A DNA stretch of 64,000 bases from Leptogorgia sarmentosa (Eukaryota), in assembly GCA_964658305.1 (NCBI GenBank), contig OZ210885.1:11036001-11100000 (forward strand), read 5' to 3'. Numbering within the stretch: position 1 is the first letter of the stretch; each line of letters opens with the position of its first letter. This document shows positions 23,901-33,210 of the stretch, piece after piece. Below the pieces are notes generated by a model. It made no database searches. It was given only the letters and a program-made list of their open reading frames with translations, and had not been told where the DNA came from. Both the position numbers and the translations under genes were made by a program.

Positions 23901-26900
23901 GAATTTTACGATATCTTGACCACGGTCCGGAATCCTAAATCCGTAATGGCCGAAGCAAATAAAAAATCTTTTGTATGTTTGTTTTAATGGCAAACAAATG
24001 CAATATATATCGAAAATCTGCAGTTTATCTTGACTTAAATTCATCCTTTTTAATAAAATACTAAAACCAGTTGATTTACATAAGTTTTAAGTTAATTTCT
24101 CTTATATATTTTTAGAAATAATTTTTAAGTACGAAGAAACATTTTCGACGAAATATTTCGGTGTCGTATTAAAGCATATTTTAACCGTGTTTTTATCATG
24201 AAATGTAAAAGAAGATAAATAATTTCAATAAATTTACCTTTTTTGATTGTCATGTTGAGTGAAAAGGCAGCAATTGTACTAAAACTGAAGGGTTTTTTCA
24301 CCTCGCCTTGACTGTTTGGCAGCCATACTTGCGATAGAGTAACAAAGTAAACAAACACAACTGATCTCAAATCTCGTTCGCTACACTGGAATTTCTTATG
24401 AATTTGATCATAGCATGCGCAGCAAAAAAATAAATCCGTTATTTACCGTTTAGGTCGGTCCGGATAGAAAAATATTTTGTCTCGGTCTCAAAAACGTCCC
24501 TTGGCCTTCGGCCTCGGGCCGTTTTTGAGACCTCGACAAAATATTTTTCTATCCGGACCTCCCAGCCGGTAAATAACATATATTTAATTTTTGTCTCGGA
24601 AGTAACGGAAAGCGGTTGTCCGAAAATAGCAGAAAATGTTTTTCAAATTTTGGCCAAACATTTCAGCGAAAGTGAACATTCCTATGTACATAGGTTTACG
24701 TACGCAGAAGCTACGTCTGCTCTCTTCCGACAATAATTCAGTAACTAGAACTGTTGAATGTTCACTATTACCTCACACTACTTTCCGTTTTTGAATATAT
24801 GTTTTAAAAATCATGACTGAAAGAGATTTGGGAACATTTCAAGCTCTCTACCCGAGTCTTGCTTTGCTGGGTTCCTAAGGTACGAATGCACTGATAGCTA
24901 CTTAGTATCGTATGTCGCGACAACTAGACGGAAAATTAGAAGTTCTCAAACCTCTGTACCTGCTTGCGGCTTCCAACTCGCTAGCTTTACGTGACCATCA
25001 ACAACAATGGCTGAAAATAACAAAAAGACATCCTAGAGTTGGTACTATGCATTGAAAAATGCTTGGCTTAGGAATTATTCACGGCAACCTCGTGTTTGTC
25101 TAGGGAGTTCAAACGACGAGTATTTTCCCGAACGAACCACCCGGTGACTTCAATTTACTGGTTTTTTATTAGGATTGCATTGATACAATAACATTATTCA
25201 CTGACTGCCATTTACATATGCGTTCTATGATGATTTGACAGTTATTATTGCACGGCTTTTCAAAATTCTCCTTTCTGATTGGTTGACAAGCTGTCCGTAA
25301 AAACCCATATCCGGACCGTGGTCCGTATTTTCCGTATCTGGACCGGTGTTCAGGATGTCGTTTATCTGTCGGGAGATTCCGCTTTGCAGACAAAAAACAT
25401 TTTTGCTTTTAAATTTTCAGATTTTCGCATTTAAAATTTACAGATAAAAATTTCAAACAACCAAATTGTTTTTGATTGAGCATGTATGTTTACCGTACTG
25501 TTACCAAGCGAAACTGTGAAACTGATGATAGCCGGTTTAGACCGCGCGAAAAGCATATGCTCAAATACTGAATTCAGCCTATAATAAACAGTTTATTGAC
25601 CTCGCTTGTTCGGTCTGTACTGTGAAATATCAGACCTCAGTTTTTGCATTGACCTCGTTCCTTCGTCGCTCGATCGGTCCATACTAAAGAACCTCGGTCT
25701 GATATTTCCAGCCGTTGAACAAAGACCTCAACGGGTAGTACCCAATATTTCTCAATTGAGAACACGGGTAATGCCCACGCTCCACTATCACCTAAGCTTG
25801 CTGGTCGGCGTTTCAGTATTATTGTTGATATAGTTATAATATTAGTGTTAGATATAAACCATTTTTCTAAAAAACTAAGAATTTCCTTAATCCCAATCCT
25901 AACCCTGACCATTGCGGTCAGAAAAATATTGAGGAAAAAAAGTTTTCATCACTAACGCTGAAAAAATGTGTCGAACCGGGGCTTGAACTATAGAACTGCA
26001 ACGCGCGCACCGCGTGCCTTACCACTTGAGCTAAATCGAGCTCGCTGCTCACCCGGGCAATCACTGTTTATAATTTACTAGGCCAGGCTACTTAGACGAT
26101 AGTCCAGCGTGCATGGGCATTACCCATGTTCTCAATTGAGAAATATCGGGTACTACCTGTTGAGGTCTTTGTTTAACGGGTGATATTTCACAGTACAGAC
26201 CTCTCACTCGGTCAATAATCGTTTATTACTGCCACTGTCACCAAACACTAGATTTCTGCTTAAATTTTGAATTTATACCAGTGTTTATTACATTGTTCTT
26301 GATGAGATTCCGGCAATAATGCTAATAATACAGTACCTGTTTTCTTCCAAAAATCTAGTTCATCACAAATTATTTTTTCGTCAGGTGTTGGTAAATTTAA
26401 CATTTTGACCAAAGATTCCATTCCTTGAAACGAGTAATTGAACATATGTACTGTCCATTCAGAGATGTTACAATGAGCCCATGGGTTTCTGATGTCCGAG
26501 AAAACTTCGTTTGCTTGAGCTGCAGCGCCAGAAGATACAAAAGGAGCTGCCTTGCCGATAATAGTCAAAAGTATTGACATATCCATGGTTTCATCAAATC
26601 CAGTGAAATGTGCCATAAAGTCCTTGACGAATAGTTTCGCCAACGAGACAGGATCTTTAACAGCATAATCATAAGCTGCTTTAGTAGGTTTGTGGATAAT
26701 GTTGTTGTTAATGTTTTGATATTGTAGGTTATGGGTGGAAGGGGGTAATTTCTTCCTTCTGTATGCTGCGAAATCTTGCTTGTGAATTTCATCAGGTGGT
26801 TGGCATAAAGAATGATACCATTTCCCAAGTTTAGTGGCGACAACTTTCCTCAATGCAGGTGCAAGAACTTTGGTAAAGGCAATGCCAACTAATTGCCAAT

Positions 26901-26922
26901 GTTGTTCTTCCTCTGATATCAT
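10161..26922 (-). CDS. HEPN + IRE1/RNase L-like Ser/Thr kinase + KEN endoribonuclease, 634 aa
   Basis: Exons 26922-26337, 15152-14446 and 10772-10161 total 1905 nt. Junctions ACAG|gtactg..ttctag|AG (phase 1) and CAG|gtaggt..ttag|GTG (phase 0). Kinase motifs AVKRL, HRDLKPSNIL, ADFGISR, GTEDWKAVE, SDIQVAGM. KEN motif DCLRFIRNVAQHW..YFLKLFPNL. Exon 1 has DIRNPWAH (R-x4-H). The exon 2-3 link is secure; the exon 1-2 link rests on strand, order and phase. Confidence 0.8.
11500..12305. mobile_element. Non-coding element with CCAAT-like end and terminal long hairpin
   Basis: Starts taataatatacatgaaa..ctgattggctgagagcagtgc and ends in the palindrome gtaatagtatggtt..ccttcgg..aaccatactattac. Confidence 0.6.
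12819..13562. mobile_element. MITE with CAT..ATG termini and 8-bp TSD (hAT/P-like)
   Basis: TSD cttagcat (12811-12818, 13563-13570); imperfect TIR cataggcgta/tatgcttatg. Confidence 0.7.
13050..13457 (-). mobile_element. MITE carrying tRNA-like + telomere-like core (family B)
   Basis: TIR of about 60 bp, attttccctttcgtaaacggtcgttgccttcc.. and its reverse complement. Direct repeat ctcggcgcc on both sides. Interior has cccaacccaaaccctaa..ctaaccctaac and a tRNA-like segment. Confidence 0.75.
15583..15940 (-). mobile_element. Tc1/mariner relic (one TIR plus N-terminal transposase fragment)
   Basis: ta|ccgggtggcgcagaaaaaag terminus. Minus-strand peptide MPRLIIQQRVWVCLQYATINNAEEVIRRWP resembles mariner-like N-terminal HTH regions. 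Confidence 0.45.
16404..17304 (+). mobile_element. Penelope-like element 1: GIY-YIG 3' fragment with inverted partial copy
   Basis: Frameshifted CTCRDKNTCPLQEKC..IVYKA..HYIGMT..FKERYRNHIKSF..ETELSKYIW..CNLCLEEK (about 16650-17110). 16404-16590 is a deleted reverse complement of 16862-17103. The 3' end abuts (TA)n. Confidence 0.85.
17177..17218 (+). ncRNA. Minimal type I hammerhead ribozyme
   Basis: gccat-CTGATGA-ttccttttggat-GAAA-caggctg-TA-gtggc: intact core with stems I, II and III; lies in the Penelope 3' region. Confidence 0.8.
17305..17347. repeat. (TA)n microsatellite
   Basis: Perfect TA run; a second one lies at 17915-17952 and a short one near 17670-17679. Confidence 0.95.
17778..17821 (-). 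ncRNA. Minimal type I hammerhead ribozyme (left arm of inverted repeat)
   Basis: Reverse complement reads attgc-CTGATGA-ttgcattgtagcat-GAAA-cttaaag-TA-gcaat. Confidence 0.75.
17844..17887 (+). ncRNA. Minimal type I hammerhead ribozyme (right arm of inverted repeat)
   Basis: attgc-CTGATGA-ttgcattgtagcat-GAAA-cttaaag-TA-gcaat. Confidence 0.75.
17953..20035 (-). mobile_element. Penelope-like element 2: RT + GIY-YIG, 5'-truncated, one frameshift
   Basis: ORFs 19968-19063 (CRLINP, FDIVDFYPSI, MGCFDGAE, GLYRDDGL) and 19148-18228 (CNC..CPLSGKC, VVYQA..YVGHT..FKTRY) join across a frameshift near 19231 (HNL/TIEANKKCVNYLDVTFDL). The 3' end abuts (TA)n. Confidence 0.92.
18066..18123 (-). ncRNA. Type I hammerhead ribozyme with extended stem II
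   Basis: Reverse complement reads attcac-CTGATGA-gtgtggcaagcattgcttgtcatac-GAAA-caaatttg-TA-gtgaat. Confidence 0.85.
20054..20812 (+). mobile_element. Inverted fragment of Penelope element 2, interrupted by a solo LTR
   Basis: 20054-20093 plus 20717-20812 are the reverse complement of about 18400-18535 (FKTRYNCHTSSFRLSKYRNATELSKYIW). Confidence 0.85.
20094..20711 (+). mobile_element. Solo LTR (618 bp, possibly BEL/Pao-like)
   Basis: TGT..ACA termini with short IR tgttagtgc/gcaccgaca, 5-bp TSD ttcag, TATA-like tatata tracts and aataaa near 20617. Confidence 0.7.
20813..20964. mobile_element. PIF/Harbinger-type MITE
   Basis: agccccctttacacaacc..ggtcgtgtgaaacgggct with TAA TSD. A similar element lies at about 56057-56248. 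Confidence 0.65.
20980..24582. repeat. Three near-identical copies of a ~760-bp hairpin/CCAAT element: partial + full head-to-tail, then one inverted copy
   Basis: 20980-21410 (partial, +), 21412-23655 (+, split by an insertion) and 23826-24582 (-). Each full copy has a terminal palindrome atttaccggctgggaggtccggatag..ggccgaaggcc..ctatccggaccgacctaaacggtaaat; the other end carries cagccaatca. Confidence 0.85.
21924..23397. mobile_element. Non-autonomous TIR element with 9-bp TSD
   Basis: TIR of about 70 bp, caacctcgttcccaggctcttgatcct.. and its reverse complement; TSD cttatgtaa (21915-21923, 23398-23406). Confidence 0.85.
25709..26182 (-). mobile_element. MITE family A (CA..TG termini, 7-bp TSD, P-element-like) with tRNA-like + telomere-like core
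   Basis: TIR cagccgttgaacaaagacctcaacgggtagtacccaatatttctcaattgagaac..; TSD atatttc. Inserted in the terminal hairpin of a CCAAT/hairpin element (about 25240-26228). Confidence 0.85.
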
Positions 26923-27425
26923 TATCGTTCTATGAAGTAAACATAAAACAATGGTGTTACAATTTTAGCTACCAAAGCACAAAGCTTTTGTAAACAGTAC
27001 AGACATAATTACTTTCTGACATTTTCAGTGTTTTACAAATTTGTGAAAGTAGAAGTTTCTTTGAAAATACTGGTATGTCCTTTGAAAATACTGTATGAGT
27101 AACCCAGTCGAATAATCAGACAAGCCAGATTTATTCAATTTGTAAGGGGAGTGGAAAGTATTGACCACTCAACGCTGTCTCCAAATATTCGTTGCCTCGC
27201 AGTGTGTTCAGTATTTCGAGCATATTATGGATAGTTGTAAACTGACGACGATAAAATATCTTTCTTTCGTTATTTGTGTCATTCAAGCCGTTTCATTTTA
27301 ATGTAATAATCGCTTAAAGTCACTTAGATCATAGACAATCGTCTATGCTTAGATTTAAGTAAAACATTGTTCTTTTTATACATAATTGTCCATCCGGAAA
27401 TATGCATATACATAGCCTACTGATA

Positions 27426-27999
27426 CAGGGTGTCTCAAAAAAAAGGTAATCCAACTTTGGCATGCCATTGTGCGTTAATTACTGGGTGTACGAACGTGAT
27501 TTTTGCATGGTCATAAAGATCAAGGTCTTAGCAGTTGAATGACATATTTGTTGTACGATATGGAAGAAAATCAGGCAAATGCGAGCGTGTTGAAAAATCT
27601 CGGTGAAAAACGCATTCTTTCACCTCTGAGAATTGCAGCTAAACTTATTCAAAATTAACTCCCTCTGGGACTCGAAGATGACGACCTTCCCTTCAACAAT
27701 CGACCTGATTAGGCATAATTATTCATAATCCTGATAAAATCTTTGTTACCATGACACATTCGTGATGAATTGCATTTTTCTTTTGTTATGCACTGCTTTA
27801 ATTAGGCACAGAGGTGAAAGAATGCGTTTTTCACCGAGATTTTTCAACACGCTTGCATTTGCCTGATTTTCTTCCATATCGTACCAGAAATATGTCATTC
27901 AACTGCTAAGACCTTGATCTTTATGACCATGCAAAAATCACGTTCGTACACCCACAATGGCATGCCAAAGTTGGATTACCTTTTTTTTGAGACACCCTG
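27426..27999. mobile_element. Foldback Tc1/mariner-type MITE
   Basis: ta|cagggtgtctcaaaaaaaaggtaatccaac...gagacaccctg|ta with arms of about 200 bp. Confidence 0.85.
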
Positions 28000-28702
28000 T
28001 ATAGGGAATAATGAATTGAATAAGCGTCGCACTTTTGCAACTACAGTGCGGCGGTTAATCGAGGATAATAGAGAGTTCAAGCAGGACTAGTGTTAGATCA
28101 TATCGAACAAACGTACATGACGTCAGAATTTTATTATTAACGGTGTTTGTCTTTAAAATGTTTTCTTGACGATAGTTTTCAGCGAACTCGAAATTAGCTC
28201 AGGAGGTTAAGCACGCGGTGCTTGCGTTGCTGTTTTAGAGTTCAATCCCCTCTGCGACACTTCGGCGATTTCAAGTTGAAACTTTTTTTTCCTCAATATT
28301 TTGCCGACCTCTATGGTGGTCAGGGTTAGTATTTAGGGTTTGGGTTGGGATTGAAGAAAATCTTAGTCTATTTAACAATTAGATTAAGAGCTCGAGATTT
28401 CAATGAGGTGATAGTTAATGAGGGCGAAGCCCGAATCAACTATCATCTCGTAGAAATCGAGAGCGAGTAATCTAATTGTTTTAGTAGAATCTGAGATCAA
28501 ACATGAACATATTGCAAAAAATAATTTAAAACCGCGTGTCAGAAGACATTCTATTTCATCATTAGTTACGTCACTAGGGAGTCACAATGAGATATGCGCG
28601 CGCAGATCAAGCCATCAGTTTTTGCACGTGTAATCAAGTACGTACAGTCAAAAATTTGTTTGTTCAAGCGGAAAATATTAATCTTTGCTTTTCCAATCGT
28701 GT

Positions 28703-29527
28703 AATGACCGAGATAACCAACCCTTCCGATGCAATTGAAGATGAACTCTTGGATGAGGACGACGAAGAACAAGTTCCCGCTCTGGAAAAGGAGGTGCACG
28801 ATGTCAAGAGTGTGATGACCAACCTGTCCAAGTCGCTTCAAATTATGGCGGATCGATGCAAGCGATGGAAGGTTCATTGAAACGCCTACATTCCCCGGCT
28901 TCAGAGTCGGAGACCCCGGCGAAGAAACGACGAGAAGAGGTTGAAGTGGTGAGTGATGGCGAGGACGATGAGCTATCACAATCGATAGAACCTGCCAAGG
29001 CCGACTCGGCCGAAGGCGATCATTCGGCTCGACTCGAGCAAGATAACAGCAATGACTCATTGCTTCTGGATATTGAGCAAGATTTCTCCGAACAGGAGGA
29101 TACTGGCCCTCCCATCTCGCCGAAACTGGCCGACATCATTAATAAAAGATGGTCAGAAAAACTAAGTGAGCACAAATTACATGAAAAAAGAGAGAAATAT
29201 CATCGCCCAACGAATTGCGATCGCGTGATTGTCCCACGAGTAAACCCGGAAATATTGGCGCGTATTGACCATGGTGCCAAACAGCTTGACCTGCGAGCAA
29301 CTGCGATTCAGACAAATTTGGTCAAGGTGGGCGCCATTTTAGCCCAGTCTACTGACAAATTATTGTCTTTGGCCCAAACAGACGTATCGCGCCCGGAAAT
29401 TAAGGCTCTCATCACTCTGAATACCGATGCTATGGCGTTGTTCGGGCATGCTTCTTGTGACCGTTCACAACGCCGACGTGAGACACTTAAACCTCAATTT
29501 TACTCAATGGCAAGCACTTACCTCTGA
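28703..29527 (+). pseudogene. DIRS gag-like ORF1 (frameshifted, 3' part apparently deleted)
   Basis: ORFs 28587-28880 and 28856-29527 overlap out of frame. Contains DTGPPISPKLADIIN..YHRPTNC..VPRVNPEI, typical of DIRS ORF1, and ends abruptly at RRETLKP. Confidence 0.65.
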
Positions 29528-31493
29528 CTCAGAGATACTGTCTATAGTAAAAGGCCTAAAAATTGAGTTTAGCACCAGGCCACAACAACATCTCCCAAAC
29601 TGGCCAACACATTTCAGCCCAGAGGAGAGAATTATCATTCATGCTGGAATAATTAAGTTACTAGCTAAAGGAGTCATTCAGGTATCTACACATGAACAAG
29701 GAGAATATATTTCTCCTATATTTGTGTCAGAAAAAAAGGATGGGTCATTTCGGATGATCCTCAACCTGAAAAAGCTTAATGTTCATGTGGTCTATCACCA
29801 CTTCAAAATGGAGTCTATTTGGACTGCCATCAGGCTCATGACTCCCAATTGCTTCATGGCCTCCATCGATCTAAAAGACGCATATTATTCAGTGCCAATT
29901 GCCCTGGAGGACCAAAAATACTTGAAATTTGAATGGGATAACACCCTCTACCAGTTTACATGTTTTCCAAACGGGTTAGCCTGCTGCCCCAGAAAGTTCA
30001 CCAAGTTGATGAAACCTGTTTTTGCCATGCTTCGGCAAATGGGACATCAGTCATCTCCATATATTGATGACTCATTCTTAACTGGCTATTCCTATGAGGA
30101 CTGTGCTGCAAATGTTGTCGATACAATACAACTCTTTGATAAATTAGGTTTTGTAGCACACCCTGATAAATCAGTTTTCATCCCCACACAGGAATTAGTT
30201 TTCTTGGGGTTTGTGTTGAACTCAGTAACTATGCAAGTACGCCTTACTCCTGACAAAGCAACGAAACTTGCTAGAGCATGTCAAGACCTGTTGACCAAAC
30301 CACAGCCTACAGTTAGACAAGTTGCAAGAGTAACAGGACTACTTGTTTCGAGTTTCCCAGGTGTAGCTTGGGGACCATTATATTATCGGATGCTTGAGGC
30401 TGACAAGACTGCAGCCCTGCATTATCATAAGGGAAACTTTGACAAACCTATGTCCCTTTCACTCCCCGCCAAGCAAGAGCTTGAATGGTGGATCAATAAT
30501 ATCCCCACTGCATTCAACCCCATACTTAGAGATGAGCCTAAAATCACTTTAAAAACTGATGCTTCTAAGCTCGGTTGGGGAGGAGTTGTGCAAGACCATT
30601 CCACAGGGGGCCTATGGTCAGTAGCTGAAGCAACTGAACACATTAATTATCTAGAGATGTTAGCAGTCTTTCACTCTTTGAAATCATTTCGGGATTTGCT
30701 ATATGGAAAGCATGTTAGAGACATGGTTGACAATACTACTGCTGAATGTGTGATCAGGCAAATGGGTACAAGCCATGGCTGCAAATTGAATGAATTAGCC
30801 AAAGCCATTTGGCAGTGGTGTGCCGAACAGGATATTTGGATCACCATGAGCCATATCCCAGGATGTGAAAATACCCAAGCGGATAAGGAGTCTAGGGTTT
30901 TCAATTTAAATACTGAGTGGTGTCTAAGCAAGTCAATATTTAAAATGGGCTGCCAAAAACTGCAGTTTACCCCAAATATTCACCTGTTTGCATCCAGAAT
31001 TAACCACCAACTAAAACCCTATGTGTCTTACCGCCCTGATCCTGAGGCAATAGCTGTCAATGCTTTCCACATCAGTTGGACCCACTATTCACTCTATGCA
31101 TTCCCCCCATTTAGTGTGATAATGCAGGTCCTTCAGAAGATTCAGGAAGACCAGGCCACAGGGATTGTGGTAATCCCAAATTGGCCAACCCAAGTTTGGT
31201 GGACAAGAGCAATGGACATGCTAGTTCAACAGCCTGTGTTACTGCCAAGAGACAAACATTTGCTATTTCTACCGAGTCATCCCGAACAGATTCACCCTCT
31301 GCACAACAAGCTATGTCTGTTGCTATGCCACTTGTCAGGCAACAGCTCGGTGAGCAGGGCTTTTCGACAACAGCTGCAAGAGTCATCCAGAGCTCATAGA
31401 AGTCCAGTACAAGGAAACAATACTCATGCTATCTTGAGAAATGGATCAGCTACTGTGGCAAGCGGGGTCTTAATCCCATTTGTTCAAATGTAA
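29427..31493 (+). CDS. DIRS reverse transcriptase - RNase H - methyltransferase-like ORF
   Basis: KKDGSFRMILNLK, IDLKDAY, FPNGL, YIDD (RT); TDAS, HINYLEM, VDN, ADKESR (RNase H); LFAS..YAFPPF (MT-like). Confidence 0.9.
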   Translation: MLWRCSGMLLVTVHNADVRHLNLNFTQWQALTSDSEILSIVKGLKIEFSTRPQQHLPNWPTHFSPEERIIIHAGIIKLLAKGVIQVSTHEQGEYISPIFVSEKKDGSFRMILNLKKLNVHVVYHHFKMESIWTAIRLMTPNCFMASIDLKDAYYSVPIALEDQKYLKFEWDNTLYQFTCFPNGLACCPRKFTKLMKPVFAMLRQMGHQSSPYIDDSFLTGYSYEDCAANVVDTIQLFDKLGFVAHPDKSVFIPTQELVFLGFVLNSVTMQVRLTPDKATKLARACQDLLTKPQPTVRQVARVTGLLVSSFPGVAWGPLYYRMLEADKTAALHYHKGNFDKPMSLSLPAKQELEWWINNIPTAFNPILRDEPKITLKTDASKLGWGGVVQDHSTGGLWSVAEATEHINYLEMLAVFHSLKSFRDLLYGKHVRDMVDNTTAECVIRQMGTSHGCKLNELAKAIWQWCAEQDIWITMSHIPGCENTQADKESRVFNLNTEWCLSKSIFKMGCQKLQFTPNIHLFASRINHQLKPYVSYRPDPEAIAVNAFHISWTHYSLYAFPPFSVIMQVLQKIQEDQATGIVVIPNWPTQVWWTRAMDMLVQQPVLLPRDKHLLFLPSHPEQIHPLHNKLCLLLCHLSGNSSVSRAFRQQLQESSRAHRSPVQGNNTHAILRNGSATVASGVLIPFVQM

Positions 31494-33210
31494 AAGAAGG
31501 CATAAATTTCCTGGCTGAACTTTTCGAGATGGGAGTAGGTTACAGTGCTATAAACACAGCTAGAAGTGCACTGTCTTCAATAATGAGTATGTCAGATCAA
31601 ACTACGTTTGGAGCACATCCCTTAGTCTGCAGGTTTCTTCGTGGGGTGTTTGTAGAGCGACCAAGCTTACCTAGATACAAAACGATCTGGGATGTTAACA
31701 CAGTATTAAAATACTTGAAACAATTTCACATGGACAAAGAACTCACTCTTCGAGACCTAACACTAAAACTTACTATGCTATTAGCCCTGCTATCAGGACA
31801 GAGGTGCCAAACCCTCCACCTTCTTAATGTAGAGGATATGAATCTTACTGCTCAACAAAGTACATTTAGGGTATGCGAACCAATAAAGACGACGAAGCCT
31901 GGATCGAAAGCCTTGCAACTCAATTTCGAAGCATATCCAGCGGATAAACAGTTGTGTGTGGTACACATAGATATAGGAAGCCTAGATTGCTGACTCCGTA
32001 TGAAATGTGTGGCAACTTTTGAAAATCCAAGATGGCTGCTCAACCGGTCAAATTAATAGGAGCTAGTATGGGAAAAACCATGTTTTTCGCATTTTACGAC
32101 CGCACAACGTTTCCGATCACGTTCTAGCACCATTTTTTGGAAATAACTACCCGTGCTAAAGGTTTTGGATGAAAATTGTGCAATTTGAATGGAATTAACC
32201 CCGAAATAATCGATCGTAAAGTGTGGCCAAAACAGTCACTTGACTTCGTTCGAAACATTTCAGGTCAAGAATGAAGCTTTTGGATAACTTTGAGGTGTTG
32301 GAATATTCTATAGGACTTCTGTGAAAGATAAGAAATAGAAAGCGGCGTGTTGGGAGAGAAACAGGAAGCGATTTGTCGTTCACAATTCTCACTGTATATT
32401 TAGTCGTCGTTTCGGCGACCGAGTTGTCCGTGAAGGGAAATTCATCCAAGAGGCCAAAGTTTACAAAACATATTCTTTCTGGCAACGATTAGTTGAAGAA
32501 AAATAAGTTAGTTTACCGGTTGATAGGCTCGAACGTCTTGAAACAACAATTTGACTGTTTTGGCCGCACTTTACGATCAATTATTTCGGGGTTAATTCCA
32601 TTCAAATTGCTCAATTTTCATCCAAAACCTTCAGCACGGGTAGTTATTTCCAACAAATGGTGCTAGAACGTGATCGGAAACGTTATGCGGTCGTAAAATG
32701 GGAAAAACATGGTTTTTCCTATACTAGCTCCTATTAATTTGACCGGTTGAGCAGCCATCTTGGATGCTCATGTTTGCCACATGCGTCCGCATATAATTAT
32801 TCTACAGTCAGCAATCTAGGCTTCCTATATCTATGGTGGTACACCACCTTGGGGAGTATTTAGAGAGAACCAGGCTGCTGAGGGGAGATTGTAAGCAACT
32901 CCTCATCAGTTTCCAGAAACCACATGGGGCAGTATCAACTGACACTATATCTAGATGGCTAAAATTGGTTTTGAAACAAGCAGGAATCGACATCAATATG
33001 TTTAAAGCCCATAGTACAAGGGCCGCATCAACATCAGCGGCAGCGTCTGGGAATGTTCCTCTCAGTACTATAATGGCTAGTGCGGGATGGTCTAATGCTA
33101 ACACTTTTTCAAAGTTTTATAATAAACCTGTCATTACAGATGAACAGAATTTTGGAGATGCATTACTGCAATCTCTCCTAACTACAAATGGAGACACTTT
33201 TAGGGATTAA
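31322..33210 (+). pseudogene. DIRS tyrosine recombinase, disrupted by a premature TAG and a MITE insertion
   Basis: SS*KSSTRKQY (TAG 31397-31399 where W is expected), YSAINTARSALS, SGQR, AHSTR, AGWS..TFSKFY. Removing 31966-32843 restores LCVVHHLGEYL in frame. Confidence 0.88.
31966..32835. mobile_element. Foldback MITE with CATAG..CTATG termini (P/hAT-like)
   Basis: TIR catagatataggaagcctagattgctgact, internal arms of about 220 bp, 8-bp TSD gtggtaca. Confidence 0.9.

Noticed and set aside
21195..24370. Repeated ORFs MNLSQDKLQIF.. and ..KKPFSFSTIAAF..
   Set aside because: They recur only because the non-coding repeat is present three times; there are no recognisable motifs and their ends vary.
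25515..25570. CTGATGA...GAAA with a palindromic agcatatgct, resembling a hammerhead
   Set aside because: The UH cleavage site is out of register and no stem I can be formed.
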